A DNA stretch of 64,000 nucleotides from the NCBI RefSeq assembly GCF_009914755.1, contig NC_060931.1. The stretch is one strand, 5' to 3'. The translations under genes and the position numbers were made by a program. How positions within the stretch are numbered: the stretch's first letter is position 1; every line of letters begins with the position of its first letter. This document shows, one piece after another, positions 12,557 through 27,426 of this stretch. The DNA comes from the human T2T-CHM13v2.0 reference genome, Homo sapiens. A model generated the notes under the pieces. The model did no database searches. It saw only the letters and a program-made list of their open reading frames with translations, and was not told the DNA's origin.

Positions 12557-13432
12557 TGTATACTCATATATACACACATTATGTGTGTGGGTACATACAC
12601 ACATATATACTACTAATAAATGGTACTATAATGAAAGTAAAGGTCTTTTGTTTAAATAAATAGGTGATTCTCAATAGCTTAGAGTTATGTTTTCTGCCAT
12701 AAGGTGAAATTTCTGTCCCAATTTTAAGAAAAGGTTAAACTTGGGGTAAATTTTGTACTTACATTAGAATTTACAAAGTGTGAAAAATTATGCATAATAT
12801 ATTATTTTATAGATCTTACTCACTAAATATGACATGTAGTTTATTAGCTTTTCTCTTCAAGAGCTAAAGTCAAAATGGCCTTGCCGAACTTATGTGATGT
12901 CTATGTCAGTAGTTTTGGGTGGTCTCCAACACTCAAACTGATTACCTTTTACATATAAGGGGCATGCTTCCAAAAGGATTTGGACAATGACAATGTATTA
13001 CTTTCGTACCAGCATATAATAAAATAACTGAGACTCTCCTTATTCTTCTGGCAAATATAGTACAAAAGCCCTCACAATGATATATGATCCTAATAAATAT
13101 GAAGTAATTGTATTATGATAAAACATTCATATGCTTAAGAAAATTAATGTAAAATTATTGTGAACCTACTTCCTTCAGGTAACTGTGCTGGGGCTTTATG
13201 TATTTAATCTCAAACTGTGAGTATTTGCTAGCAAATTTTTTTTATTGGTGCAAAAAAGATAAATTTATATTCATTTATTAATCTAACTAAACGTGGAAGT
13301 AAACAGTAGCACATCATTGCTAATAAGTGATACTTTTTAGTTACATCAAATACAGTTTTCTTGTATGTCAGTATCTTGCCATTATTCCTTATAGCTTAGT
13401 GGGCAATTCATATCTAAACACATTTTGTTTAC

Positions 13433-13537
13433 CTTCACAATCTTGATGAGCGTCTTCAGCTGGTAAATATGGAGTTGGAGGTCTAATCTATCAGTCAACC
13501 ACACGCAAATGACTTTCATGGAACTGCTGTACCATTG
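13433..13537 (-). CDS. CADPS2: CADPS2 penultimate exon ([35 protein letters not shown])
   Basis: 105 nt, phase 0-0, acceptor ttctcccttctag, donor gtaaac. Joins in frame to both neighbouring exons. Confidence 0.97.
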
Positions 13538-16087
13538 CTAGAAGGGAGAATTGGGGCACAGGGGAGGAGAACAAAAAAAGAAAACAACCTCTGCAGTATT
13601 CATTTAACAGATTCGATAATGAGGGGGTAATAAAACACTCTGAAATGACCACAGATCAGCACTTGAAGTCAATAATGCTATAATTTCCTGTTAACAGAAT
13701 TGTATGCTTTGCTAGAAAATCTGTTAAGTTGACCTAGGCTGTTCTTTAAATGAATTAACGTTACAGTCTTTCAGCTGTAACATATTCACGGAAACAGTGT
13801 TTTTGCACTTTGCAGCCTAGTGGCCTGCTTTGTAATTTGTAAATAACAAAGGATCCTAAATACATGTTATAGGACTGAATGGACAGCCAAGCAGCAGGAA
13901 AAAAGAGGTAAATTATTTTCAAAGGAAAATTTTCTATTAGCCTGCATGTTACATAAAAATCAAAAAGAAGATGTGTTATGCTATAAGTCATGTAGTCAAT
14001 ACCTAAAATTACATTTTAAAGTAGCGATGGCAAAAAAAAAAAAAAAATCTAAAACTTAAACAGTAATCCTCAATCACACCTTTATCAATTAAATATTTAC
14101 CAAGCTCTTTTAAAACCATCTAAAATAAAGATTTATTGAGATCTTAGGAAGAAACATTATCAAGATTGAATTTTTGTAAGAATCACAAAATAGGTGTCAG
14201 TTGATCAAATTATGAATGAAAAGGATGTGTTTCATTTTGTATTTTTGGAGGGTCCATAATTTTTCTGTTTATTACAACTCTCTTAAGAGAAAAACTGAAA
14301 TTCTTCTTTAATGCAATTTTCTGCTCCTATATGTCTGTCAGTCTAGTAAAAGAAAATATTGTTCCTGTTTTCAAAAAAAGACAATCTGCCATTACAAATA
14401 ACATTTTTAAGGGACACAGTGATTCAGAGCTAGGTTTAGATAACACTCTAAGAATAATGCTACTCATTCAGATAAAAGTGAGAAATATCAATGTCCACTC
14501 AGCATTTAGAAAATGACAAAAGAGTTTTGAAAGACAGGAGATTTTGTGCCTTGCTTGTATACACAAACATAATGACAGTCCAGATCACATATGTGTGTGC
14601 ATACGTTCTAAAGAATTTAAACACCGAAAAAAAATTAGAAAAAAAATTTTCTCTACATAATAAAACCATAAATTCAACTTCTAAAATAAATTTTCACTGA
14701 TCCAAGTCTGAAATTCATCTGGATTTATATTTATTAACATTGATCCAATACAATTTAGTTTAACAAGAAATGGTATTTTAAGTATAAATTAAAAATGAAT
14801 TTTACATTTTACCATGCTTATTTCCATTAATTTGTTAGTATAATGAACATATATGCATCAAATGAGATAAGCTAATTTAAATGGATAACTGATATACTAA
14901 ATAATAGCAATCAAATGGATAAATAAAAGCTTCAAGTTTTAAAAATGTGAGATGGACCATGATTTTTTAAAAATATGTTATTCCTGTATCTAATTTTGCT
15001 CCTTCCTAATGAGCACTTTCCTAATATTCAGGACATGTAAAAATTTCAGCAGTTCTATAAAACAAGACAGTCATACTCCAAAATCCTTAAAAAAGTAAAC
15101 TTCCAGTAAATTCAATACTTTAACTGGCACGTTAAATCTCAAAATCTTTTATAGATACTTTAATTTCCGACACTAAATTCTATGCTACTTATTTCAAATA
15201 ATTTACAGCTTCAACTTCTTGATTTCTATTTTAATACAGGCACTCACTCAGAAGTATTGGTGATATTGAATATGAGTACAGTCAATTGAGGCCCTTCTAC
15301 CACACCACACTCTAGATAATTTGAAAGTGAAAATATTGTCATAATGGATGTGACTCTTAAAAATTACAGTTATTTTGCAAGGGATAGTAAATATTTCTTT
15401 CTTGTTGAAGGAGAGAAACTATATATATTTTACGAAGCCTAACATAACATACTGGTTACTCTGTTAGACTGCACAGTTACTGTAACTTGGTAAGTTGTAT
15501 AAATTTGAGGGAAATGAAAAAACTTTCTTAAAATTACTCTATATGCATCTTTATGTTCTTGAAAATCCTTATATAATTTAAAATTAACTTCATTTTTCCA
15601 TTATATATAAAATGGTACTTATAATTAAGTGATAATTGAAAAGACATATAATGTAACACAGAAATCATTTATATATAACTTATTTAATACAATGCCAAAA
15701 TAATAATTTTAGAGAAAAATAATCTTAGAGAAAAAGAATTTGGGAATAAAATGATCTAAAGTTAACTGCAAAAACAGAAAAAGAGAACTATTATTAAGTA
15801 AAATGTTTAAGCTATTTATCATCATCTTACTTTGAAGGACAATAAATTGTTCTATCAGCAAAAGCTTCTAAGAAAAAAATTATTCTATCAAATAAGAAAA
15901 AATTATTCTATCAAATAAGAACGTATTTTTTGGCTCCTAAGTCAAAGCATTTTCAAGACACACTTCAAATTAAGCAAATGATTAAGGAAAAGCAGCAACT
16001 TAGCTCAGAATATTTGCTGCCACTAAGAATAGCCTAACAACAACAAAAATCCCATTATGACTGCTTTCTTGTATACAGTAAAATGCA

Positions 16088-16088
<1 letters not shown>

Positions 16089-16124
<36 letters not shown>

Positions 16125-16132
16125 GCACACAC
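16089..16132. repeat. (CA)n microsatellite
   Basis: Directly visible. Confidence 0.97.
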
Positions 16133-19100
16133 CTTAAACAAACAATGAAAGCCACCAGACAGAAACCTCTAGCACTTTCTTATTTCTAGTGCTGGGATTA
16201 ATACGTCCTCCTTTTGAGTACTGAATATGGTAGGTCCCATTTTCTCACACTGAGAAAAAAGTCAAAGATAGGTTCTCTCCATTCCCCAATCCCCTCCACC
16301 AAACCAAACCAAACAAAAAATTGGAAAAGGGTGAATGTGCAGTAAAGTCTCCATGTTAGAAAGTGCCTTTTCACTTTGGAAAAGTTAATTTTATAAAACA
16401 ACTTGGTTGACCATTCACTTTTCTCCACAGGGGATGAAAAGGAAGGGGTGCCGCAGCTTGCACAGAAGGTATGGGAATGGCATTACTGCTTTATTCTTTG
16501 CCTTGGTCTACACAGGAATAAAGCAGTAAGTGTATATTTTACAAATTTTTTCTACATCAATCCATGACAGCAGCCTACCACTTTAGCAAAAATATGTTTT
16601 TTTCTTCTTTTTGTGGTTCATTCAACTCCTGTAAGGGCATGCGTTACTCACTGCATTTTCTTGAGATATCTCTTTTAAAGCAAAAATAGAAGAAAGGGAA
16701 AGGCTAGGGTTGACTCTGTGAGACCCCTGTATTTATTCACACTTATTGTGCATGACTGTAGACTGGTAAATCATATTAGCAGCCCGCCTCCCCATCAAGC
16801 TGCTACTTGCTTTCCAGCCCTGGGAAGGTTCAACAAATCAACAGGAGCACGGAAAACAGAACATCAGTCTAATCTAGTGTTTAAGGTGAGGTTTTCAAAC
16901 CCAATCTAAGAAGATCTTTAGAGCAAGCAACAAGCTGAAGGGCTCAGAAGGTGGTATTGACAATGAAAGAGTGTTGAAATATTGAGAAGCGCAGCACTTG
17001 TGCATTTTTAATAACAAGAGGGTCAACAAGGACACAGCTCCCTCAGTGCCAGGAGTTGCCACTGACTATGGAAATTGCCACACCAGGGCTATAAACGCTT
17101 GCAGTTCATCAGCTTTCTTAAACAGTTCATCAGCTTTCTTAAACACCCTGAACCCCCTCAGTGGACCTTTAGTCTTGAATTAACAAACCAAAGCAATGAA
17201 AGAGGGTGCAGTCTGAATGGCTGGCATTGATCCCCAACTGTGTCAGCACTGCTACAGGCCCTGAAAAACTCTTTCCATTGTCAATAGAAATTGACAAACC
17301 TCATCTCCTAAATAGTGCAGCTGAGCCGGGCGGGATCCACGCAGCTGTAAAGGGCTCTGCTCTTGGGGCCGGGGAGCACTAACAATAGAACAAGCATGAG
17401 CTCTTTGTCAGTCCCAGACTCGGCAATTTTCTAACAAGGATTAAAGTTGTTTCTCCGCAGAGCTGGTGAAAAGAGATTTAGCAACATACCGTGCTTTCTT
17501 CATGCAAGTTAAAGAGAAGTAGTTAAGGAATTTCATTATTCTGTTAACTAGTGGAAATACAAAACAAATATATTAAATATGCACAACTCTCCTTTTTACC
17601 TAATTTATAACATTTTGAGGATGATTCAATTAAATATAACACGTATTGCCTGGAAACAAGCACTTCACCTTTATTTTGGAAGTTTTACTTTTAAAAAGTC
17701 CAGCTGCTTGCCACCTGGAATGAGGTCTCAATACATACTAATGCACAATGCCTTTAGACCCTCCAAGGCTGATATTCCTAAATCTGAATCACAAGACCAC
17801 ATAGGGTTTATATATCACGGCTGCTTCAAGCAAATGATTTTTGTCAGAATGCGGCTTCTGATGATGATGGCAAGGTAAAAATAGCTGCTTCGCTAGGGCA
17901 CAAATCTGTGATATATTTTCTACTTAAGTGTTTAGCTTTTTATTGATTATGAATTGGTACAACTAGTTGATGTATTTTTATTCTTCTCCAGCTATGCTTG
18001 TCTCAATAGGTGACAAAGAAAAGGAAAGAAAAAGAACCAACACTTTTTAGTGAATTAAGACCTGAAATGGCTAAGTTTCCAGATTATGTATTTCTTCATT
18101 TATTTCAAAAGAATCTGTATGTTTGGCAAGAGTTGAGTCATTGTGTTAAAATGAAATAACGCCAAGAAAATCTCACCTTAGGAAATATGTACCTTTTAAA
18201 TATAAAGTTAAATGAAAGAACAAACAATATTTGTTAAATGAGGAAGGCTTGGATAAATTTGATAAATATAAGCCATTCTTCAGGATCATTTAGTAAAGAG
18301 CAACAAAATATTTAGAAACATTAATGCACTACAATTTCACCAGTATATTTCTATTTAATGCAACTAAATTTGTGGCTCTGTTTCACTCATTTCCCATGTC
18401 TAAACACTAAAACGCAAATGTTATATTAATGGTAAATTTAATATAATAATGTCAAGGTTTTTCTACCCTGTTCAAGGCACCCCACTGAAACTATCATACC
18501 TGGGTTCCATAAAACCAGACCCCCAGGCACAAGCATTTTGCAAGTTCTGAGTGTGAATATTTTCCTGGCTTGGAATAGGAGTAAGGGCTATATTTAAGGA
18601 CAAGTGAAACCAGCCTATTAGGTTTAAAAATACAGGAAGTGTTTAACCCAACCTATGCCAATCAACATTCCCAGCTCAATCCAGAGGCACTCATGGTGGG
18701 GGAAGAGAAGAGACTTGCATCTGGACATGGCAGCCGTGGGCTGGTTGTCAACACACCAGGGAAGAACACAAATGCAGACCCCGTGAGGGTGGGCAGTGCT
18801 AGCCCCATTTATGCTACTATTTGCTGGATTGAGTCTGTTACGCACCTTCTCTATGCCTCAGCTTTCTCATCTGTAATATGTGGGGTAGATTATATGAATC
18901 TATCTTTAAAATACTAAGATTTGAATGCTCTATAGAAATACTGTGAGTTTAAATTTGACTTACAGGAAAAGGCATGATGAGCTTGTGATTCTTGTAAAAA
19001 TGAATGGAAGAGAAAAACCCAGTTGTCATTCTGTTTTTATATGTTGCTTCAATACAGCTTTATTCTTCCAGAATAAAGAAAAATCATCTAGAGTTCCAGA

Positions 19101-19328
19101 ACTTTCTATTGTCTGTTATTTTTTTTTTAACTTATTCATCTGGCCTCTTAATGTATAGACATAAAAATGAAACAATAAAGTATACTGAGGAATGAGATTT
19201 ATAAAGAACTGTGAATTACAGATACTGTTTTTATTAGTATTATTTTTATGAATTCTAATTATAAAGGCATCTGATATTTATTTTATCCTTCATAAGAAGT
19301 TCAAGTGATTCAGTTAAAATTTCATTTA

Positions 19329-19645
<317 letters not shown>

Positions 19646-21429
19646 TTATGATAACTTTGATGAAGTGGGTGTAATTATTCCCATTTTGCATATCTGGAAA
19701 CCGAGTTTACAGAGGCACAAAACTGAGTTTAGATTAAGCAATTTACTTATTCAAGTTTATACAATGAGTATGACTTAAGTGGTAGGGTAAAGATTTATAT
19801 CTTATATTTATACTCCAGAGTCTGTGCTCATAACTCCTGTGTTATTTCACTTCTCTATAGAAGGACATCTGGATTTCTGTTTTGTCAATAACACCTTTGA
19901 TGCTTAAGAGTAGTTCGGTGCTTCTAGCAGAAGAAAACTAGGAAAAGTGTCATTAGCATTTGTGGTCCTTACTGACAGTCACTGCAACATAGGATTATGC
20001 ACAAATAGAGAAGGTACCTATTAATTATTTCCAAAAAAGCCCATTCAATTTTTTTTGCAGGTTGAAGCAATCCACATTTCTAAAGGTTAAATGTATCTGT
20101 AAATCCAATAACGTAATATACAATGTAAATAAATTCTTTGAAGAATCACACTCCCTATTAGGATAACCAGTCAAATGGCTATTAGGTTATACATCTCATA
20201 TACTCTCTTAAGACTCATTTTAAAGTGCTATATACCATAATGATTAAAAACACTGGAAAATATTTGTTCTACTGTAGTAAAACAATGTAATGTGGAAAGA
20301 CGATCCTTGGTTCTTCCGTAGTAGAACTCCATATATGTGACTTTCTTCATCATCTTTTTTTTTTTTTTTTTCAATCAGAACAGAGAAGCATGTGATTCAT
20401 GCTGCTTTTTTCCATGTTGAATAAAGTCATATTCAGGGCAATTTTCATTTTTTAACTCCATCAGGCAGTTTGTAAATTAAGAGTATCATGTCTATTAAGG
20501 AATGAAAAGTGTAAAAAGTGCTAACATTGGGAAGGTTGGTATAAAATAGGCACCTAATAAATGCTTGTTGAATGCTGAAAAACTTTCCTATCTTTGGAAT
20601 TCCATACTTCATCTTTTAAAAAATACATGAATATAATAACAGATATTTCCAGATGAATTAGATCCTCTTCAGTTACATAACACAATAAGTTCGAAAACAG
20701 GACAAGTTCTGTAAATTGGGAGCTGCACAAGCTCTTTCCAGTTCACTACTACTTTCAAAATACCCTTCATTCCAAAATGTCCTCAAAGAGATAAACTACC
20801 TCTTTCTTCAAACTACATGAAAAATATTTAAAAAATAATGTTCTTTATTATCAAATAAGCAAGTGCCTCTGCAAGTTTATTCTGTGGCTCCTTTCCTAGC
20901 ACTAAAAAGACTAGTAATTGGAAAGTGAAAATTTCAGACAATCAGTTGTTCTGCCCTCCCTTTCTTAGTGTCCTTGATGGGATGCATACTGGTTTGCCTA
21001 ATCTTTTGAGTGAAGTCACCAGTTAATGGTTTGGCTCATTGATAAATCCAGTTATAATGGTGTATGTACTAGTTTGGGGTGCAAACATCACCTTTATGAA
21101 TGATTCGTTTAGGCAATATGAAATTTTCATCTGGTTGACTTATTTTGAACATAGTATATAAAATTCTGGTAAATATTGCTTTTTAAATCCATAATGTAGG
21201 ATTTATATAAAAGTATATTGGACTCTTGGAACTGCTATTAAATGGTACAACTTAGTCTTGAGATGAAACTCATGCCTGAGAATGAGCTGTTAGCATGTCT
21301 TTCTGCTTCAGTTTCCTTATAAAAATGGGACACATTCCAAAATCTTCTTTTAAGAGTGTCCTAAGGACGGGAGTAGACAGCTACCTTTCTGTCTCTGAGT
21401 CACGGTGCAGTCCCCCAGGAACCTTTTTC

Positions 21430-21805
21430 AGCAAACTGACCCACCTGCAGCTCTGCCACATGCTAGGCTTCTCTATACCTTCGGTCTCTGGGCATGCCCA
21501 TTCCTCTGTCTGGACTTTATTCCCAACTACATCTCCCTGTCCAGATTCATGTCAGCCTTTAAGACTCAGCTCAATCATTCATTATCTCTGCTTCTTAGCC
21601 AATACTATCTCTTACTAGGTACAATTAGGGGCTCACCTATTTTCTCCTCCTAGAACTCTATACAGGTGTCTATAAAAATATTGCACAATGTAGTTCATGT
21701 CTCCCTCAATCAGCTGTGAGTATACACAAGGCTTTAACTGAATCTTACTTGTATTGCTATCTCCAGCCCTTAGTAGAATGTCTGGCACAGAGCATGCATT
21801 CAATT
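21430..21805 (+). mobile_element. L2 3' fragment
   Basis: L2-like end tatctccagcccttagtagaatgtctggcacagagcatgcattcaat. Confidence 0.6.
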
Positions 21806-23199
21806 TTCATGAAAAGACTGCATGCATTTAAATATTTATAAATATAAATTTATATATATATATATCATATCTATAATAGCAGACAGGCAGCTTTTCAATA
21901 GACAAAGGACAGATGAATACCAGAGCCAGATTCACTGTTGACTTGAATCACATATTTCCTTAACAGAAAAATAATTAAATACACGTTAAAGCTGTAGAAA
22001 TCATTGAAAAGTAAACAGTTGCATTTGGCCAAAAAAATTTAAGACAGGACTCAAATGGGGCTTAAAATGTGACAGTCTAATTTTATTTTAGGTGATGAAT
22101 GAAATAAAAGAGAAAGTACTATAAATTGATAAACTTTCATATCTATGTACATATATGAGAATACACACACACACACACTCACTCACAAAGCTATGCTAAC
22201 ACTATGAGTTCAGATGTTGATGTACTCAGCCCTCCAGAGGCTGTCCCCCAAGCAGGGAGCTGCCTCTCTAGCATATGCTCAGGTCTATTGGTACCCACTC
22301 TGAGGCCATGGGGTGTATTAGGAGGCATGGCTGGATGTGCTGCCTGTGCATTTTCACCACTAAGTGACATGTCCTGGGTGCGTTCTACACTTGTTGGCTT
22401 CGTTGAGCTGTTTTTAAAGAAAGGCAGAAAAATATTGTTGCTGTGGAAATAGTGAGTTCTGTCTGTAGGGATATAAGAGCTTGTTTGGGAGCTGATATAA
22501 GCCTGGCTTTTGAGCTAAGAACCCAGGAAGAACAGAGAGCAAGAGTGTGCTCTTATCTCACAGTCACGTCATTTGATGCAGGTGCTAGAACTGGATACAA
22601 ACTTTGTGTTGGCTCTAAACCTTTAGCAAGTTTACAGTCATCCACTTGAAGCAGAGGGAGAAATAAATAAACAATTTAATAGATTAATTATTAGTATCTA
22701 TTTTGAAACAGTATTGACTTTCAGTTCACCAGAGTACTTCCATTTAAAAAAAAATCTGTGGATAGCTATTCTGCAGATAAAAAAGTAAAACATTTTATGT
22801 GGAAATAAAAATTTTTCAAAAATACCCATTTGGTAAGCTCCCTTGGGGCAAGGACTTGGTCTATCTTGTTTAATACTGTATTCCCAGCCTCTAGCAAAGT
22901 GTGTGGTCTAAAAAGTCTTTGATAAATATAGGTTCAATTAATAAATAATTAATAAGAGGGGTTTCAACTTTCTATTCTCACTAGATTCCTATTGAGTAAT
23001 TGTGACATAGATAGCCATCTCTATGGGCAAAGCCAAGACCTGAAGTTTTAATCTCAACATTTCCCACCATTTTTTACACATAGTAATTGAATGAGTTTGT
23101 TTTCTAGATCTTCTAATGTAAAACACCAATGAAATGGATATTCTACATGAATAAACATGTACTTTTACTGCCTCAAAAATAAATATTCTACATCATTAA

Positions 23200-23460
<261 letters not shown>

Positions 23461-23609
23461 ATTAATGCCTATCTTTAAGTTATGTAGCCAGTGAGAGAAA
23501 AAGTCAACAAAAACAAATATAGGGAATATATGGAACTATAGAGGTCAGTAGAGCAAAAGTATGGGAAAGTTATATATTAGAATGAATAAATAGAAGGCTT
23601 GAAAGAATC

Positions 23610-23955
23610 TTGTTCAGCCACGTTCAAATACTGCATCCTATCCTTGACTCTAAACCCTAAGCATGACAGAGAACACTTTGAGAAGTTTCAAAGGACAGCC
23701 ACAAAGATGATTAAAGGGCTAGAAAAAAAGGCCTACAAAGTGCAGTTAAACAAATAGGGATTATTTATCCTGGAGTAGACAAGTATGACAGGTACCTTAA
23801 TAACAGTCTTCATATTTAGGAGGGATTATTCCTTAGAGGATGCTGGCTACCTGCCTTTTGTTCTCCAATGAGAGAAAAAAGAGAAATGGGTTTAAAAATC
23901 AGCATGAAGAATGTAGGTGAGGTACGGGTGAGAACTATTTTTTCCCCTCCAGTGA
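23610..23955 (+). mobile_element. CR1/L3 3' fragment
   Basis: caaaggacagccacaaagatgattaaagggctagaa...gggattatttatcctggag resembles the CR1 RT C-terminal region. Confidence 0.65.
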
Positions 23956-26076
23956 AATATTTTGTCCATATTAAGACAGCAAAACTTAGATGATGTGTTA
24001 TCTAGGGCTGTGCTAAGATCAAGAAATTCAGGGTTCTCTCTTACAGGTTAGGTGTTTATATGAAAGCTTAAAATTATTTTATATATAGTTTCCTGCCAAT
24101 GCATTCAATAATCACATGTAATGATAGTTCTGCTGGTTCCTTACACAGATTTTTTTTCTTGGATTTAGCCAACACTGGTGACCTGGCTGCCACTGCTGTG
24201 CCCACTTGTGAATGGTCTGACCTTGCAGAAGGCGTGATTCACAGAGGGGGAGTACAAAAGGCCAGCACAGAAAATGGCTTTAAAGCCACCATACCATTTG
24301 TTTAAGAAGTTAGGATGGAAGAGATGGAGGGTAGTAGCTATCTGTTCTATGAAAACATTGCAGTGATCAACTGATAGAAATGCTGGTCTCAGGGGAAGCC
24401 TGGACATTTCCATGAACAAGGCACTAGAGACCAGTTGAAATGCAAGCATGCAAAGTCACAGGCTCTACATATAGAGGTCAGAATTTCTAGACCATCTTAA
24501 AGATGAAAGATACATGAAAGCAATGCTAAATAACTTTCAAATGCTCAACATGTTCCTTATAATCAATTCAACAGTCTCTTAAAAAATTGGTAGAGAGAAT
24601 ATTCTAATTTCTTGAGTGACTTAAGCCTTTGTTACTGGCTCAGGTGGATGAATGCAAATATACATTATGCAATTGGTGTTTAGAAAAATTTCTCCACGAA
24701 AATGAAAGTTGTGTCACCTTCCATTCATCAAAGACAGTTTTACCATTGGTAAGAGAGCTTAGGTGATCAACATTTTCTTTTTCCTATTCAAGCAAAATCC
24801 TCTGGTCAGTTTGCATGTGGAATTTCTTTTTTTAATTCTGAGCACAATTAAAGGTGAGTTAAGGCTCTGGTGGAAATCTAAAGAGCATCAGCAAATCTGA
24901 GCACTGCTCAGCTTTTGAATTGCTTTTCTACTTCTCAGTTCTTTTAAATAGTTTTCTATGGCAGGAACATTTTTCTTAATTAGTCACAGCTAATTAGTGT
25001 TCTGGCATAGACAAGTAATCAGAAATGTCAGAGCTGCAAGGCTACATCTCCCTAATCCTTTGATAATAATTTAGCCTCCTGGGAGGGCCCCAAGCTGCGG
25101 TAAGTAGTGACTGACAATAAGGCAAAATTAGGTGGGCAGCAGACCATTAGGATAGAAAAATAAAAAGCACTACCAAATCCTGCTGAGCACCATCAGGCAA
25201 CTAACTGCACTGCCAGATGAGGTGCCTGTTTAAGCCTCTGTTGTTAATTAGCTGATTCTACCAGACCTGCCACATATGTCCAGGTGCCTCATGCAAAGAT
25301 GTGTATTTCTGGGAATGTGCCAAATGACAATTGTGTTCCACGATCACATTTCAAGAATCTAAGCAAGAAGCCCACATATTTCTTGAACATTCTTTTGAAT
25401 TATCAAAGAAATAAGACCAACAAGCTATTAATACACTTTCTGGTTGAGTTTCTTTTAGGCAATTGGGCATGCTTATCTCAAGTTTCTCAGGTTTTAATTC
25501 ACCAAAGCTCTGATTCAAATGAGGGCCTTTGGCCTCTCTGAACCACGTCTGGACTTGCCAAAGCTATTTTGGCATACACTATACATCAAAAGTTGATCCT
25601 TTTATAAATTCTTACACTTACAAATAATAACTTAACATTACAATGAGGATTATTAACTCAAAGGAACCAGACAGCTGTAATTCGAGAGCAGAGGTTTTAA
25701 AGAGAAACAAACTTTAAGGAAAAAAAAAAAAAAAAAGCTGAGGAGCAGCTCTGTATGGCATCTACTGAGGCAGAGAAGACAATATAGAAACAGGCTTGAC
25801 TATGACTATCTTAAAAGAGGTCAAACAACTTCAGTGTGAGTCCAAATACCATAAGTAAACCAAAGCAGGATTATATACAATGAAACACAACAATGACAAC
25901 AGCTGGAAAACAATGTGTTAAAAGCAGCTAAGTAACAGATTGCTACAACATGTGAGATGAATAAGACACTGCTGCTATCATATATATAACCAATTAGTCA
26001 AACTTTTTATCCACCTTTAGTACACAATGAGGTACTGAGGTACACAACACAACAATGTTTATAAATAAATTGCCTC

Positions 26077-26392
26077 AGCTGGGTATGGTGGCTCATGCCT
26101 GTAATCCCAGCATTTTGAGAGGCTGAAGTGGGCAGATTGCCCGAGCTCAGGAGCTCGAGACCACCCTGGGCAACGTGGTGAAACCCTGTCTCCACTAAAG
26201 TACAAAACATTAGCCAGGCATGGTGGCACGCACCTGTAGTCCCAGCTACTTGGGAGGCTGAGGAAGAATTGCTTGAGCCCAGGAGGCAGAGGTTACAGTG
26301 AGCTGAGATTGCGCCACTGCACTCTAGCTTGGGCTACAGAGTGAGACTCTGTCTCAGAAAAAAACAAACAAACAAACAAACAAATAAATAAA
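26077..26392 (+). mobile_element. Alu (J/S-like)
   Basis: Full dimer with (CAAA/TAAA)n tail. Confidence 0.93.
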
Positions 26393-26730
26393 TAAGTAAC
26401 CTCAAACAGCCTCAAGTACCTCACTGTACTCATATCATACATCCCTTTCTATTGATGGAAAAGGAAAATAATGGCTATGACATGGGAATAATATTAGTAT
26501 TTGAGTGTTGATAGGAAAATCATGGTTGGACATACTGGTACAACAGTTAATTATTTATATTTGAGTACTTTTATATAAAAATAAGACCAAAGTGAAAATA
26601 CCCTAATGGGAATCTATACTAATTTGTGAAGACCATATAACAACTATACAGTTATTAAAAAGTGAAAAATAATTGAAAAGAGGAAAACTGCTATTTTAAA
26701 ACTGACATTCACATATAAGAAAGCATCCCA

Positions 26731-27026
26731 TTTTTCTTTTTGAGACAGGGTCTTGCTCTGTCACCTAGGCTGTAGTACAGTGTGTGGTCATAGCTCACTC
26801 TAGCCTCAAACTCCTGGACTTGGATGATCCTCTCGCCTTAGCCTCCGAAGTAGCTAGGACTACAGGAACATACTATCATGCTAGGCTAATTTTTTTTTTT
26901 TTTTTTTGTAGAGACAAGGTCTTGCAATGTTGCTCAGGCTGTTCTTGAACTCCTAGATGTAAGTGATCATTCTCACGTTGACCTCTTGAAGTGTTGGGAT
27001 TATAGGCATGAGCCATCCTGCCCAGC
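26731..27026 (-). mobile_element. AluJ-like, diverged
   Basis: Alu dimer on minus. Confidence 0.9.
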
Positions 27027-27204
27027 TAGAATTCTTCTATAATATCGTAGAATTATAAGACATGCAAGAAGGCAAAGATGGTCTTCCATCTCAGTGGGTT
27101 CCAGCCTGCATTCCTAGTAAACAGGCTGATTACATACACAAAGAAACTGGCTCAAATAATATGACTGAAAAAGTACATTATCAGCTCTAAATACATACAA
27201 AGAA

Positions 27205-27426
27205 GTGTATTGTGAAAGTTCTATTTAATGGTCACTTTTATCCATGTTTTGTTGATTTCAACTGTGTATTGTGAAAGTTCTATTTAATGGTCACTCTTAT
27301 ATAACCAAGTGTATTGTGAAAGTTCTGTTTAATGGTCACCCTTATCCATGTTTTGTTGATTTCAACTGTGTATCATGAAAGTTCTATTTAATGGTCACTC
27401 TTATCCATGTTTTGTTGATTTCAACT
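27205..27426. repeat. Minisatellite, units of 59/45/59/59 bp
   Basis: Unit gtgtattgtgaaagttctatttaatggtcactcttatccatgttttgttgatttcaact starts at 27205, 27264, 27309 and 27368. Confidence 0.95.

Noticed and set aside
15845-17145. Short tandem duplications (~23 bp at 15870-15921; 21 bp at 17102-17143)
   Set aside because: Ordinary slippage duplications with no further structure.
27205-27426. CRISPR-like look (36-bp repeat with spacers)
   Set aside because: The spacers are identical to each other, there are no cas genes, and the context is a eukaryotic intron; it is a minisatellite.
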